A stretch of 64,000 nucleotides of DNA, taken from Bispira polyomma. Its lineage: Eukaryota. Location of the stretch: the NCBI GenBank assembly GCA_965649765.1, contig OZ287753.1, positions 19,220,001 through 19,284,000 of the forward strand, written 5' to 3'. The stretch's first letter is position 1; each line of letters starts with the position of its first letter. A program made the position numbers and the translations under genes. Below the pieces are notes generated by a model that ran no database searches, was not told the DNA's origin, and saw only the letters and a list, made by a program, of their open reading frames with translations. Below, piece by piece: positions 1-11,430 of this stretch.

Positions 1-256
1 ACTTATTATGTGTACTCAGTCCATAAGATAATATATGAAGTGTGAAGACATATGGAAAAGAATAAATTTTCTCTAATAACAAATTTTATTGAATACACAA
101 CTTGTTTGGGATGACATAACAATAATATTAAAAACTACTAAGACAAGTTAGAAACTACTAACAGACACATAACATACTGTACACAGCTAAAGAGGTTAAG
201 TAGGAAAGACCTTACTTTAAGGTAACCGTATCCTAAACTAAGTGGAAACTCACAAT

Positions 257-447
257 GAGGTGGCCGTAACTTAAACTTCTGAGGGTTCACTTTAAGTAGA
301 CCTTAAACTCAAACTTCTAGTTACTTCACCTTAACCTCATTTAATTGAGGTAGCCGTAACTTGAACTTCTGAGAGTTCACTTTAAGTTGACCTTAAACCC
401 AAACTTTTAGTTACCTCACCTTAACCTCACTTTTAATTGAGGTGACC
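257..447. repeat. ~90-bp direct tandem repeat (2+ copies) downstream of YR
   Basis: GAGGT.GCCGTAACTT.AACTTCTGAG... starts at 257 and 347, with a partial start at 439. Confidence 0.85.
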
Positions 448-645
448 ACATTAAACCTTAAGCACCCTTAGCTGACTAAGGTGGGTGTTTTCCTTTAGGA
501 TTACTTTACAACGTGTGAGCCTAAGACTAACCCGGCCTTAGAAAATTTATACCTATTTTAAACTTTTATACTTTGTATATCCCTATAGTGGGTAGCATTT
601 AAAATCCGTTTGTGTTATAATTGCCAAACACAAATTGTTGTTGTA

Positions 646-1686
646 TTAATGTTGTAGAATTATCTTTTTAAATGCTTGTGGTACAGCACTTGCTGCCTTG
701 GGAGTTGAATTTAAATAGGCCCAGATGGCATCGCTTCGCCAGTTGTCATGTACTTTCAGCTTGTCTAAGGAAAGGTTATTGTTGAAGGCCAAAGCAGCCC
801 CACTTCTACGAAATGTATGGAACCCATACTCAGAGGGTTCAAGTCCCATTTGTATTATCAAGGTTTTAAAAATACTTCTAGCCTTGCTAGCTGTAAGGAT
901 TGTAAGCTTACTACTATTATAGATTTGGAAAAGAGGTTGCTCAGGAGCCAGTTTCAGAAATTTTGTCATTTTCCTAACAGCACTTACAGGACACAACTTT
1001 GAACCTTTTAATTCTGGTAACTGTACCACATGATATGCACCAGAGGTCTGCATATTCTTTGCATGTTTTTGAATTAAATGTAAGCCTGGTTGACCATACA
1101 CAATATCCGAAAGTACAGGCAATCTCGATTTATCATAGGAAGAGGCCAGAGGTGATACCAATGAGGCTAACCTAAGAAAGCCAAAGAATGCGACAAGGAA
1201 CAATGCCTGAAATACAGGAGCATTTGAAAGCAGACCAGTTCTACTTATGAGCTCAGTTAACATTTGAATTGAAATGACCCCTTTAATTTTTAGTAACAGA
1301 GGAGCATTAGTTTGTGTAGATTTAATCATCAGTTGTAACTTTCTACTTTTCAAAGCCACAATTGGCCAACCAAACAATTGAAAATAGTGGTTCAAGACTG
1401 CTAGTACATTTTGAATAGAAGAAGCTCTAAGTCCATTTTTACACAATAGTTCAACATAAGCCAATACAGACGAGTGTTCATGAGGGATAGGCACATCATA
1501 GGCAACCACAAAAGTGACAAACTGTCTAAATTTAGCAGCATAAGCTGCAGCAGTCCTGGGCCTCAGAGCAGCTGCAATCCGCTTGTCCACTTGCTCCAAC
1601 AGCATATCCAGGGGTTTATTTTCTGAAAATACAACAGACGGAGAGCAGAATTTTGCTTTATTTCCGCCTGTTGCCTGCTGAACCAA
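646..1686 (-). CDS. Tyrosine recombinase of the retrotransposon
   Basis: FFGFLRLASL (Arg), HAKN (Lys), HTFRRSGA (HxxR), HDNWRS, AIWAYL (Tyr). The ORF start is TTG, so the true start is uncertain. Confidence 0.92.
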   Translation of the reverse strand: MVQQATGGNKAKFCSPSVVFSENKPLDMLLEQVDKRIAAALRPRTAAAYAAKFRQFVTFVVAYDVPIPHEHSSVLAYVELLCKNGLRASSIQNVLAVLNHYFQLFGWPIVALKSRKLQLMIKSTQTNAPLLLKIKGVISIQMLTELISRTGLLSNAPVFQALFLVAFFGFLRLASLVSPLASSYDKSRLPVLSDIVYGQPGLHLIQKHAKNMQTSGAYHVVQLPELKGSKLCPVSAVRKMTKFLKLAPEQPLFQIYNSSKLTILTASKARSIFKTLIIQMGLEPSEYGFHTFRRSGAALAFNNNLSLDKLKVHDNWRSDAIWAYLNSTPKAASAVPQAFKKIILQH

Positions 1687-1879
1687 ACGAATTCAGACAG
1701 CAGGGCAGGCAGTATACATGTCAAAGATACTTATGCATTTAAGCAGTATGACACCCAGTATATAATGAAATAGGGAACTTCACAAAACCTTGCAGGTGGC
1801 AATAAAAATTGACATATTATTTCGAACTTATTCCAAATTATACAATCGCCTGCAAGGTTTAAAGGAACAAATTTAGTAT

Positions 1880-4800
1880 CTAAATAAGCCAATTAGGGTA
1901 TAATTCTGCAGCTTTTGACTGCCACCATTCGCATTTATATAAATTTCTAACATAAGGGTTCTCTAAATTCATACTGTAGTTGCACCAGCGAGATAAAATA
2001 TCCGCATAAGTGTTACTTTCACCTTTTATATGTTTAAATTCAACCTGTATATCATAGGAGGCCATTAATAACCAGATACTTCTGGCACATGCCATAAGAA
2101 ATGTATCTTTAATTTTATGTGAATTTAGCACGTTTACTACTGCCAGATTATCACACCAAATTGTGATATACTTTTTATTAAAATGCTTTACCCATGTTCT
2201 TATGGCCAACATGCCATTTCGAAATGTACAATTGTCAAATACAATTTCATATCTTCTGGTATGTCCAAAGTATACACTTTATTGCCATACTTGGCACCCA
2301 CAGCAAATAACGACGCATCGACATATACATGCTCTGTACGGTTACTTTCGTCAATGTGCATTTCTACTGAACCATTAAATTTCTCCAAAAATACATTGAA
2401 CCAATTGATATCCCTATGGAACTCTGGTGATAATTTAATAGTACCTTTTTTAGAGGAGTCCCTAAGAGCTTGTAAAATTTGATTAACAAATAAACGCGCA
2501 GGTTTAATACACCTATGCAAATATAACAATTTGCCAGTGAGTTTTTGCAGTTGATGCTTGGTGGCCGTTGTTTTATAGGTCCACTGTTTACATATTGTTT
2601 TAATTTGTCTAATTTTTTCCTGTGGTATAGTTAGCGTACCCAGAGCCGCGTTTACACAGATACCCATACATACTACCTCCTTTTTAGGGCTTTCGAGTTT
2701 AGAAATGCTAATAGGGATACCAAGTTTTTCCAACAAAACACAGAGAGAGTTGTAAGCACCCTGCGCATGCGCAGGATCCTCTACTCCAATGAAATCGTCG
2801 ATATAATTTATAAGCCAGTATCTTTGTGTTTCCATAAGGTGCCTTATACTGTCTGTTACTAATTGGCAAATTCCCGCCCCCGTACGAAATCCAAATGGAA
2901 GCGCGATGTCAATAAAGTTTTTATCTTTTCAGATAAGCCCCAAAACAGGGTAATCTAGTGGATCTATACGCAGGTTTCTAAATGCCCTCTTAATGTCCAC
3001 CTTATATATGAGTGCATTATGTCCTAAATCATTGATACGTTTTACTATATGATCTACTGTAGGGTAGGACAATTTATATTCCATCCCCATATAAACATCT
3101 TTTTGAACACTGTCGTTAACAGACATTCCATGTGGCCATGATAAATCTATGATTACTCTGGTGGCCCCATCAGGTTTAGGTCTAGCCATCATAGGTGAAA
3201 CATGTGTTTTCTTGAAAGGAAACTTAGAAAACGGCCCAATAATGGCCTCATGTTTAATTTCCATTTCAAAATAATTTTCAACTCCTATTGGTTCCTGAAG
3301 AGCAGATTTATGGTTAACAATATCAGCATTATGGACAAACTTATTATAGTTGATGTCAAGAGGGAATTCATATTCCAAAAAATCACAAATAATTTTGTAT
3401 TTATAGTCTTTTAGGTAAAGACGCCAATTATTTATATTAAGTTGTGAAGGAACCTTGAGTTGAGCGCCAACATAATTGGGTACATTTGCTCTAGCAACAA
3501 TTCCATTTGCCTTAGCCACCCATTCCTTTAAGTTATTATATGCAAGAGCATTGTGTGCAGAACACGTTATGGCTTCCGGAATTCCATACCAATTGAAACC
3601 ATAAACGACATCCTCATGACTTCCATTTTTGCCAATTACGTTGCAAGTGGCAATGTGTGAAACATCAATAGCCATGGGTACATTATGATTTGTTGTACAA
3701 GTTATAAGTTTTTTGTTTTTGCCATTACTTAATTCATAACCCATGTACACATTATGACTTAGTATATCATTAGCCATGTGTGTATTATGACTTATTACAC
3801 TCGTGCTAGAGTTTCCATTTTCCCCATTTCGTGAGTCACAGCCCATATAAACCCCATTTCCTGATATATCCTTAAGGATGTGTGCACTATGACTTGTTAT
3901 ACACATTTTTAAATTTTTATTTTCGCCATCACGCAAGTCATCATCACAGCCCATAAAGGCATTATTATTTGCACTCTCAGTAGGGATGTGTACATTATGA
4001 TTTGTTACACGAACAGTGTACTGTCCATTATTTTTATTACGTGAAACTTTGGGAATGTGTACATTATAAATGCCATTATCACTTATGTGTATTAAATTTT
4101 GTTTGTTGCTTTTAAAAACCATATGGCCTATAGCATTACTTCTTTTAGTTTCACGTACATTATTACTTTCAATGTTAACTATATTTTGTTCACTTGTACA
4201 ACTGGCTTTGTATGTATACATTGTGCCACGTTTGTTCAAAACATGTATACCTGTATTGGTAACAGCTTTTGTATTCATGAAGTCATCACTAAGCTCCCAC
4301 CCTATAAAATCCTGATCTAAATTGTGCTCGACAATTGTTGAATTATATGTATTGTTTATATTTATACTAAAATTCAAAGTTTCCATAAAACCACTAAATT
4401 CTTTAGTAGTATATATAGTGTACCTTTCCATGTCAGTTTTATTTATAAAATCAACATGATTAAAACCATGAGTACTAAAATCTTTAATAGAGTGTACTGC
4501 ACTATATTCTATACTACTATTGTAATTTGTGTGTGTAAAATTATTAGTACTTATACTATAAGAATAACTGGTTATGCCAGTGTGCACTTTATAGGCTTTT
4601 AACCCATTATCAGTGTCATTGGTGTAAGTTGTGAAAGAAGTATCATAACAGTTGTTTGCGTTTCCTTTATTGAAAACATAATACTCTTGACACGAGGACA
4701 TATCCCATGTGTCATAAATACTTGTATATTCTTCATTTAATGTTTTTTCAGAAAAACCCGTATTGACACTAGTTACTTCACTTGTAGATATATTGGCCAT

Positions 4801-5235
4801 ATTTCTACAACCTCCCCGTCTTATATGGCTGTTCTGCCAAGTATGGATATTGCAAAACCTGCACTGTATATCACGTGTAGCACTATTGTGTGTGTGCAAT
4901 TTTTTTCCCAAGCCACTGATGTAATTGTGGCAAATACAGAATTTTGTATTACTGGTGATGTCCCTTTCTACATAACCCACCACGTATTTTCCTGAGTTAG
5001 AGTTTTTATGTACACGTCTGTCGGCGACAATATTTACTTGTCTAGCACTTTGGTAACTGACCTCATTACCCACGTAGGCATACACAGACCTATAATTTGT
5101 TACATTATATTCACTACTGCCATGTAAATCATTACTGGCCATAAAAGTATATGCTTTATTGCAGGCATGACTGTCATAACCAATACACGTGCTTTTGCTT
5201 TCATTAGTATATACTGTACATGCAAAACTTTCCAT
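1880..5235 (-). pseudogene. pol: long N-terminal extension + reverse transcriptase + RNase H, disrupted
   Basis: ORF 2929-5235 continues in frame past a TGA at 2929-2931 (LGLI*KDKNFIDIALPFGFRTG) into ORF 2200-2835 (NYIDD, YVDAS). A frameshift near 2212 leads into ORF 1880-2212 (WCDN, HIKGESNTYADILSR). Confidence 0.9.
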
Positions 5236-5464
5236 ATCGAGTACTTTAGTATTTCGAGAACTAGTATTTAAATCTACACTCTCTACTACACTATTAATAT
5301 TTTCTAAATACGTGCTTTTCCTATTTTCAAAACTAGTAGTTAAATCTACGTCTTTTGAAATACTGTTTAAACATACTTCATCATAAACTGTTATACCAAC
5401 ATTTTCCCGTAATCTGTTACACTTTATACTTTTAGTGTTTTGAGATGTTAGGTTAATACCTTTT

Positions 5465-6451
5465 TTAAACCTGCTGATTAGGCCTATCTGTGGTTGCGTT
5501 TGCGTTATTTTCCTTTTTCTTTCTCATACAGTTAACTACCCTATGCTCTATTTTCCTGCCTACCACTTTGAAACAATACGAACATGCATGATTGAACATG
5601 ACCCCGTCTTTAATATGATCTTCTGTGAATTTACAAGTATTTTTGTTGTAATACCTACAGATCTCAGCCTTGCTGTCAGTATTACTATCTTTTACATGAT
5701 TTTTTGCAGAAAACCCACAGCTAGCCGGGGTAACTATCCTTTGAGTAGCCCTAGCCCTGACCTTGTCTATTAAATCTGTATTATCCCAATCAAGCTTACC
5801 CTTTTCCATTTCCGTTAGGACTAAGGCATGAGCCTTCTTGGCTGTGGGTAGGGATAGTTCTACTGCGTCTTGCATTAGATTCGTATAATACAATAACATA
5901 TTGTTCTTTCTTTGAGTACTAGTTTCCTCGAGTATAGAAAACAGTAAACCCTGAAACCACTGAGGGGCACTCAGTTCGTCGTAAGTAGGCTGCTTTATGA
6001 CACCTGCTGGGAGGCTACAGTAATCATGAGGCCAGGCAATATTACGTTTAATGACATGCGTACCCGCCCTAAATCGCCCTGATTTAATAACCTTGTCTGA
6101 ATTCGTACCTTTGGCATCAGTACGTGAAGTGTACTGATATGTTCTCAGCCTCTTGTCCACCTCAGCCTGCACACGGGAGTCGGATTTCAGCAAATCCAAG
6201 GATGGCAGCTCAGTCCTGTCTTCCTCCTGACTTCTGTCTGCCTTCGGGGAACTCTGTGCTGACGGGGCGGATCTAGACACTTCTTGTAGTACCAACTTCT
6301 CTTCCTGGTCCTGTAAACGTTTTTCCTGCGAATCTAATCGTTCGGTAATAGCAGCCAGTCCTTTTAAAATGTCTTGTAATGGATCAACTGTATCAGTGTC
6401 TGTTACAGCTTCACTCTGTGAAGTTTGCGTTTTACTACCTACACGTGGCAT
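5465..6451 (-). CDS. gag-like ORF1 with coiled coil and C-terminal Cys/His zinc finger
   Basis: First ATG (MPRVG) at 6451; heptad region ITERLDSQEKRLQDQEEKL; CRYYNKNTC...H...HACSYC...H...C; lies upstream of pol. Confidence 0.85.
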   Translation of the reverse strand: MPRVGSKTQTSQSEAVTDTDTVDPLQDILKGLAAITERLDSQEKRLQDQEEKLVLQEVSRSAPSAQSSPKADRSQEEDRTELPSLDLLKSDSRVQAEVDKRLRTYQYTSRTDAKGTNSDKVIKSGRFRAGTHVIKRNIAWPHDYCSLPAGVIKQPTYDELSAPQWFQGLLFSILEETSTQRKNNMLLYYTNLMQDAVELSLPTAKKAHALVLTEMEKGKLDWDNTDLIDKVRARATQRIVTPASCGFSAKNHVKDSNTDSKAEICRYYNKNTCKFTEDHIKDGVMFNHACSYCFKVVGRKIEHRVVNCMRKKKENNANATTDRPNQQV

Positions 6452-6594
6452 ATCGACAGAGGCCCAGAGAGACAAACACAGTCTAGAGTTTTGTAAAATC
6501 TCCCAAGTTAAAATCCCACGTGTTTAAACTACTCCAATCTGTCTAGTTCTCTCAGGCCACCTCGCTTCAAGTACACACGGCACAACCAGAATAC

Positions 6595-6685
6595 TCCCTG
6601 AATGTAGCAATGCTGAGGGTTATATAGACCAAATAATTGCGGGAAAACGCCATATGGTTCACCAGAGTTATTCAAGCCCGCCCAC
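6595..6685 (-). promoter_or_regulatory. Putative Pol II promoter of the retrotransposon
   Basis: GC box (GGGCGGGC ~6677-6684), TATATAA at 6620-6626 and Inr-like CATTC ~25 nt downstream, ~150 nt before the gag ATG. Confidence 0.4.
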
Positions 6686-7399
6686 ACAGCAGACGATTCT
6701 TGTATTTTAGTTCTAGCAATGCCTATGTCTATGTAAACCTAGCCTAGTACCTAGTCTTGCTAGGTCTCTTATTACTCTAATGTACTGATATATATTGCTA
6801 TCTTATACGCATATATTTTCATAAGTGACTAATTAGCCTACAACACATAAATATTTGGGAACTGGGTGTTTTTGTGAAATATATTTTTCACACAGTCACG
6901 TTTTGCTATGCTACAGCAATAAGACCCATCACATACAGATTGAAAGGGGATCATTTGATTATCAAAGTGTTCTTACAGCTTGAGATACTTTTACAAACAG
7001 AACAAAGGTTACTAAATCAATATTTTGAAGACTTACCACAGGATATTTTTGAGTTTTTAAAAATTGTGGCTGAGGATCATCAGTAATGATTGCAATGTGG
7101 TAATTAGAGTGAATGTTTCTATCAGTGAAGAATTCAAGGACCACTTTGTTTATGCATGTATTTGAGAAGTCCTTTTTGACAGAGATGTAATCGGTGTCCT
7201 ACAAAACATTGCACTAAAGCACAGCTGTTTAAAAAAGTGTTTGCTATGGTTAATTTTGTTTTGCTGAAATATAGACTTGGCTTTACTGCATATGATGGTA
7301 TAATGGTATATAACATATTCACTTTACAAAAGTGAAATCTCTACTGAACCTTATGTAAGTTGATAAATATTGAAGTACAAAATTTTAATTTTTTGAACT

Positions 7400-7640
7400 G
7401 TGAATAGGCATTTTATTTGTGTGTTGAATATTAATGAAACGTTATGTGAAGTTTGCAAGGAAGCTATTCAAGATGAAATCCATTTTCAATGCATTTGCCA
7501 GGGTCTTAAGAATGTTTATGATGTATATATTATGAAAAACAAGGCATACATACAAACAATGGTGGGTATCATTGCGGCATTATGTATCCTGCACCTAAAT
7601 TATTGTAAGCTATGTCACGTTAAATAAATGAATAAATAAA
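7400..7640 (+). mobile_element. Degenerate 3' fragment of a non-LTR retrotransposon
   Basis: CEVC...QDEIHFQCIC zinc-knuckle-like remnant followed by an AATAAA-rich tail. Confidence 0.45.
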
Positions 7641-9112
7641 ACAAACTAATGGTGGAGAGGTACAACATGGGTGTTTACAAATTAAAAATAACATATTGAT
7701 TTTATCAGTCATTTTATTATTTAATTTTATTTATAAACTAATTTTAATTGAATAAATAAGATAATAACATGTTAAGATAATAATTTAAATCTAATCATCT
7801 AATGATATTTGTACAGTAGCATGTCAGTAACAACACTAAAATTTCCTTTCATATATAAAAACCAACAACTTACTCTGCTTAGTTACAATATTTCTCATTC
7901 AAATATACTTCTCTATGTTGGCTGGAAATAATAATGAATTAGTCACAATCCATGCAGTTTCTTAATATAAATTAATCACCAAAGTAAATATTTCCTTTGT
8001 TGAAAAGTAGCACACTCATGTATATTGCTTTAATCAGGACATTATAGTTATCTTAAACAAATTACATTCAAATGAAATCAGAAAATAGATTAATGGTACA
8101 TTAAAAATGTGTACTTATTGATAAATAATTAACAATATGTTTACATAACAAATGCACTGTGGTACTAAATAGTATAGAAAAACAGTACAAAACTCATTTG
8201 TTTTGGTTTAAGTATGTACACAAAAGAACAAAATGAGAGATACTGCAACACTAGACTCTACCTTAAGCTTTGGGTCCTATAAGAGAACCCAGTTTTAACT
8301 ACGGTAATCAACAGGACATGTATTTCAGAAATATAAAATTTTTACACTTCTGCACAAAATAATTTTAATAAAAAATTGTTGTTAAAGTAGAAGCAATAGC
8401 AATAATAGGTTTTCCAAAATGATTTTCTAAAATAATAACAGGCATTAACTTAATTTAAAATACAATATTATATCTCAGGTGAGATTAATTAAATGACTAG
8501 ATTATATTTCTTAAAGTAGCAGTGTGATAGTTTGATTGGTTAATATTTAAATAACAACTTCAACCGAGTTTATCATTATATCATAACATATCATTGATTT
8601 CATTAAAAGCAATGATTACCAAAATTGTTATCATTTCCTTGTAATCATTTTCACCACAGCAAGCCACAGATAAGTATTTTGTTCAGAAAGAAAATCTGTT
8701 TTTGACACAGGTTGAATCTATATACAGTTAAAAATTTAATAGTTTCTCCAAATCTCAGATTTCTGAGAAACTCTGGAAATTCAACAGACACTCACTTTAT
8801 GAATTGCTGAAGTTGAACTACACAAAATAAAATTGCTAATAATTTTTAAACCATTGAAATTTGTTTTGCAACTCAATCTCACAAGGAAATCTGATCTTTA
8901 AGAATATGTATGAGTGAAGAACTTAACATACAAGTAGCACAAAACGACAATGAACACTTACACACAAACTATATGTTTTATTAACCACTATAAACCAGCA
9001 GTAAAAATGGTTTTTATAGGATTTTTAATCACAGTTCATTTGTCACCAGTTGTCTTTTGTCACATACAATATCTTGTATCTCCTGAGTTAAAGAACATAC
9101 AGACAAAGATAC

Positions 9113-9292
9113 CAGTGAAACCTGTCCGAGAGACCACCTCTACAGAGAGACCACCTCTGTATACAGACCACACTTTCGTTTCCCAAGGCTATTTGTTTAA
9201 TAATAATAATTAACCTCTCTATAAGGACCACCTGCCAATAAAGACCACAGCGGAGGGTTCCTTTGGGTGGTCTTTACATACAAGTTTCACTG
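9113..9292. mobile_element. MITE, Tc1/mariner-like (CAGTG termini)
   Basis: CAGTGAAACCTGT...ACAAGTTTCACTG inverted ends; internal AGACCACC repeats. Confidence 0.7.
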
Positions 9293-11064
9293 TATCTATA
9301 CATTTTTTCATTAGACAATTTGATCGTTTTGATGACCGTAACCTTACTTAAACAATTTCTTTTGTCATAATAGATATAAAGAGATCAGAAATAAACAGGT
9401 TAAACAAGGTAATACAGTTCATTATACCGTTACATTGATATATATGGTCTTAAGTATAGATCAAAAGGGCAGGAAATGCTTCTTTACCATAACTCACTCT
9501 TAAGATGTATCATAGGAATTATTCTTGATATGAAGTATGTTTCATCTTAGTGCATGTATATTTTTGACAATTAAGAATGATCAAACCATAGAATCTAATA
9601 TATGGGTAAAATAATATACTTTGTTTATTTATATATGATAGTGTTGAAATTAAGAGTGTCTGTATTTTTCGATAATACTAAAAATCAATGTCATACTTGG
9701 ATATGTAAAATAGGGTTACGTTAAATGGATTATGAAAACTCATTATAAAATATTCATCTCTTTAAATTAGTGTTCAGCCACAGTATATTTATTCCGATGT
9801 TTCAGTAATTAAAAAAAAAAAATCTAATTTAAAACTGAAAATAAACTTGTGGATCCTTAATTCTCTAGTTTGGTCAGTCATAACTTGTAGAAGTGCACTG
9901 ACCACATACATATGTATATATTTTTGTAATTTTTTTTGAATTTTGGATAATAATGAAATATGTAACTATTACTTTATTATATACAGATTAATAATTGCAA
10001 ATTTTCAAGAAGTGATAAACCATTTAAAAAAAAAAAGAATTGTAACTTTTGGTAATTTATGGAATGATGCTGAGCACAGGTAGCTTTACACTTGTCAGTG
10101 AGAGCCATGCCTTGGAGATACCGTACAACCTCGATTGTCCAACTATTTAGAGATTCCTATTGATATTTTGTTTTAGTTTCGTTAGAAAGGTTATAAAAGT
10201 AGAAGAAGCCTTTTAGTATAAAATAATAGCAAAATGTAGATTCAGGAGAGTGATAAAGTAAGATATCTAAAATTGGCCACTGTATCAGAAATTGGCGACC
10301 TAGAAAATGTTGTGTTTTTGGTAGAATTGTGGGTAATATTTGCTGAAATCGAGATTTTTGGGACTATTTTGCCTTACTTACCAAAATTCCAGTTATATTT
10401 CACAGTTTTTATTGATTTAGCTTAAATTTTAAAGGTGGTGAATTTCAGATAAAGTGGCCAATTTTAGATTTCTAGTGTGTTCATCAAGTTAAATATGTGG
10501 ATAACAGGAGTCTGGATAAAAGAGGTTCTACTGTCGTATTTTACAATGATTTTGGCACACTAAAGAGAAGCCTATATGACATATTAGTATATACATGTAC
10601 ATTGTATATAATATGAAATCATCTAGTTTCATTGATTTGACTAGCATAGGAATTACATCAAACTAATTTGGTGTACACATGTATTTACAAACATTTTTAC
10701 ACTTGTAATAATGCATATTCTAAGGTACATGTCAATTGAATTCAAAGGTCTACCATAATTTATACATTATAATTTGGCACAGACTCACTTTTTGGAAACA
10801 AATGCTTGAATGTTATTGAGATTTTTTATCAAACTTGAAAAACTAAAAACAATTTCAGTGAATTTTTTTAAACTTCAGCGTTCATTTGTTTTGTATTTTC
10901 TTTTGCATTAAATATCAATTTTACGTGGGGAAAACAAATAATTCATATAATAAATGTGTCCTACTTTTAAAGCCTGTGCCAAATTGTATAACAGTAAGCA
11001 CTAGCACAGAAAATTGTAAATGTAACTACACATCAAAACAAAACAAAAAGAACTTTTGGAAAAA

Positions 11065-11239
11065 CAGTTGAACCCCTTTAAGTCGAACCTCAAGGAACCA
11101 GGAATAATACCTCTACTTAAGTAGGATTTCCACTTAACAGGGTAGATTTGAAAGGAAAAGGCCTTCATGGGACTTCAAATTTGTCTCCACATAACAGGGA
11201 AAATGACTTAACAGAGTTCTACTTAAAGGGGTTCGACTG
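11065..11239. mobile_element. MITE family A (CAGTTGAACCCCTTTAAGT TIR); further copies ~51829-51999, ~56859-57033, 61982-62996 (interrupted)
   Basis: ~19-bp TIRs; repeated within the window. Confidence 0.8.
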
Positions 11240-11244
11240 TAGTA

Positions 11245-11430
11245 CAGTAGAACTTTTATTATCCGAACATGTCAGTAGATCAAGATTTTGTTTGGATAAT
11301 TGAAGGTTCATAAAATAGAAGAGGCATTTTTGTATGAAACAATAGAAAAACTAACATTTAGGTGAGTGGAAATGAGTTCATGAAATTGAATATTTGGATT
11401 ATAGAAGTTCAGATAATAGAGGTTCTACTG
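11245..11430. mobile_element. MITE family B (CAGTAGAACCTCTATTATC TIR); many whole or partial copies (e.g. ~26548-26888, 37990-38145, 43197-43460, 49505-49690)
   Basis: TIRs, TA flanks, high copy number in the window. Confidence 0.8.

Larger units (their letters stand above)
1..6830 (-). mobile_element. Tyrosine-recombinase retrotransposon (DIRS order, Ngaro/PAT-like), probably inactive; 3' end runs off the window
   Basis: Order gag - RT/RNaseH - YR on one strand; RT motifs (YKVDIKRAFRNL, LPFG, NYIDD), YR motifs; no DDE integrase or protease. Boundaries approximate. Confidence 0.9.

Noticed and set aside
1-40. Loose inverted similarity to ~6790-6826 (ACTTAT...ATAAGATA..ATATAT) as a possible terminal inverted repeat
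   Set aside because: Short, AT-rich and gapped; the element end lies outside the window.
2929-2931. TGA in RT as programmed readthrough or selenocysteine
   Set aside because: It sits at a likely Trp position and a frameshift also disrupts the ORF, so decay is the simpler explanation.
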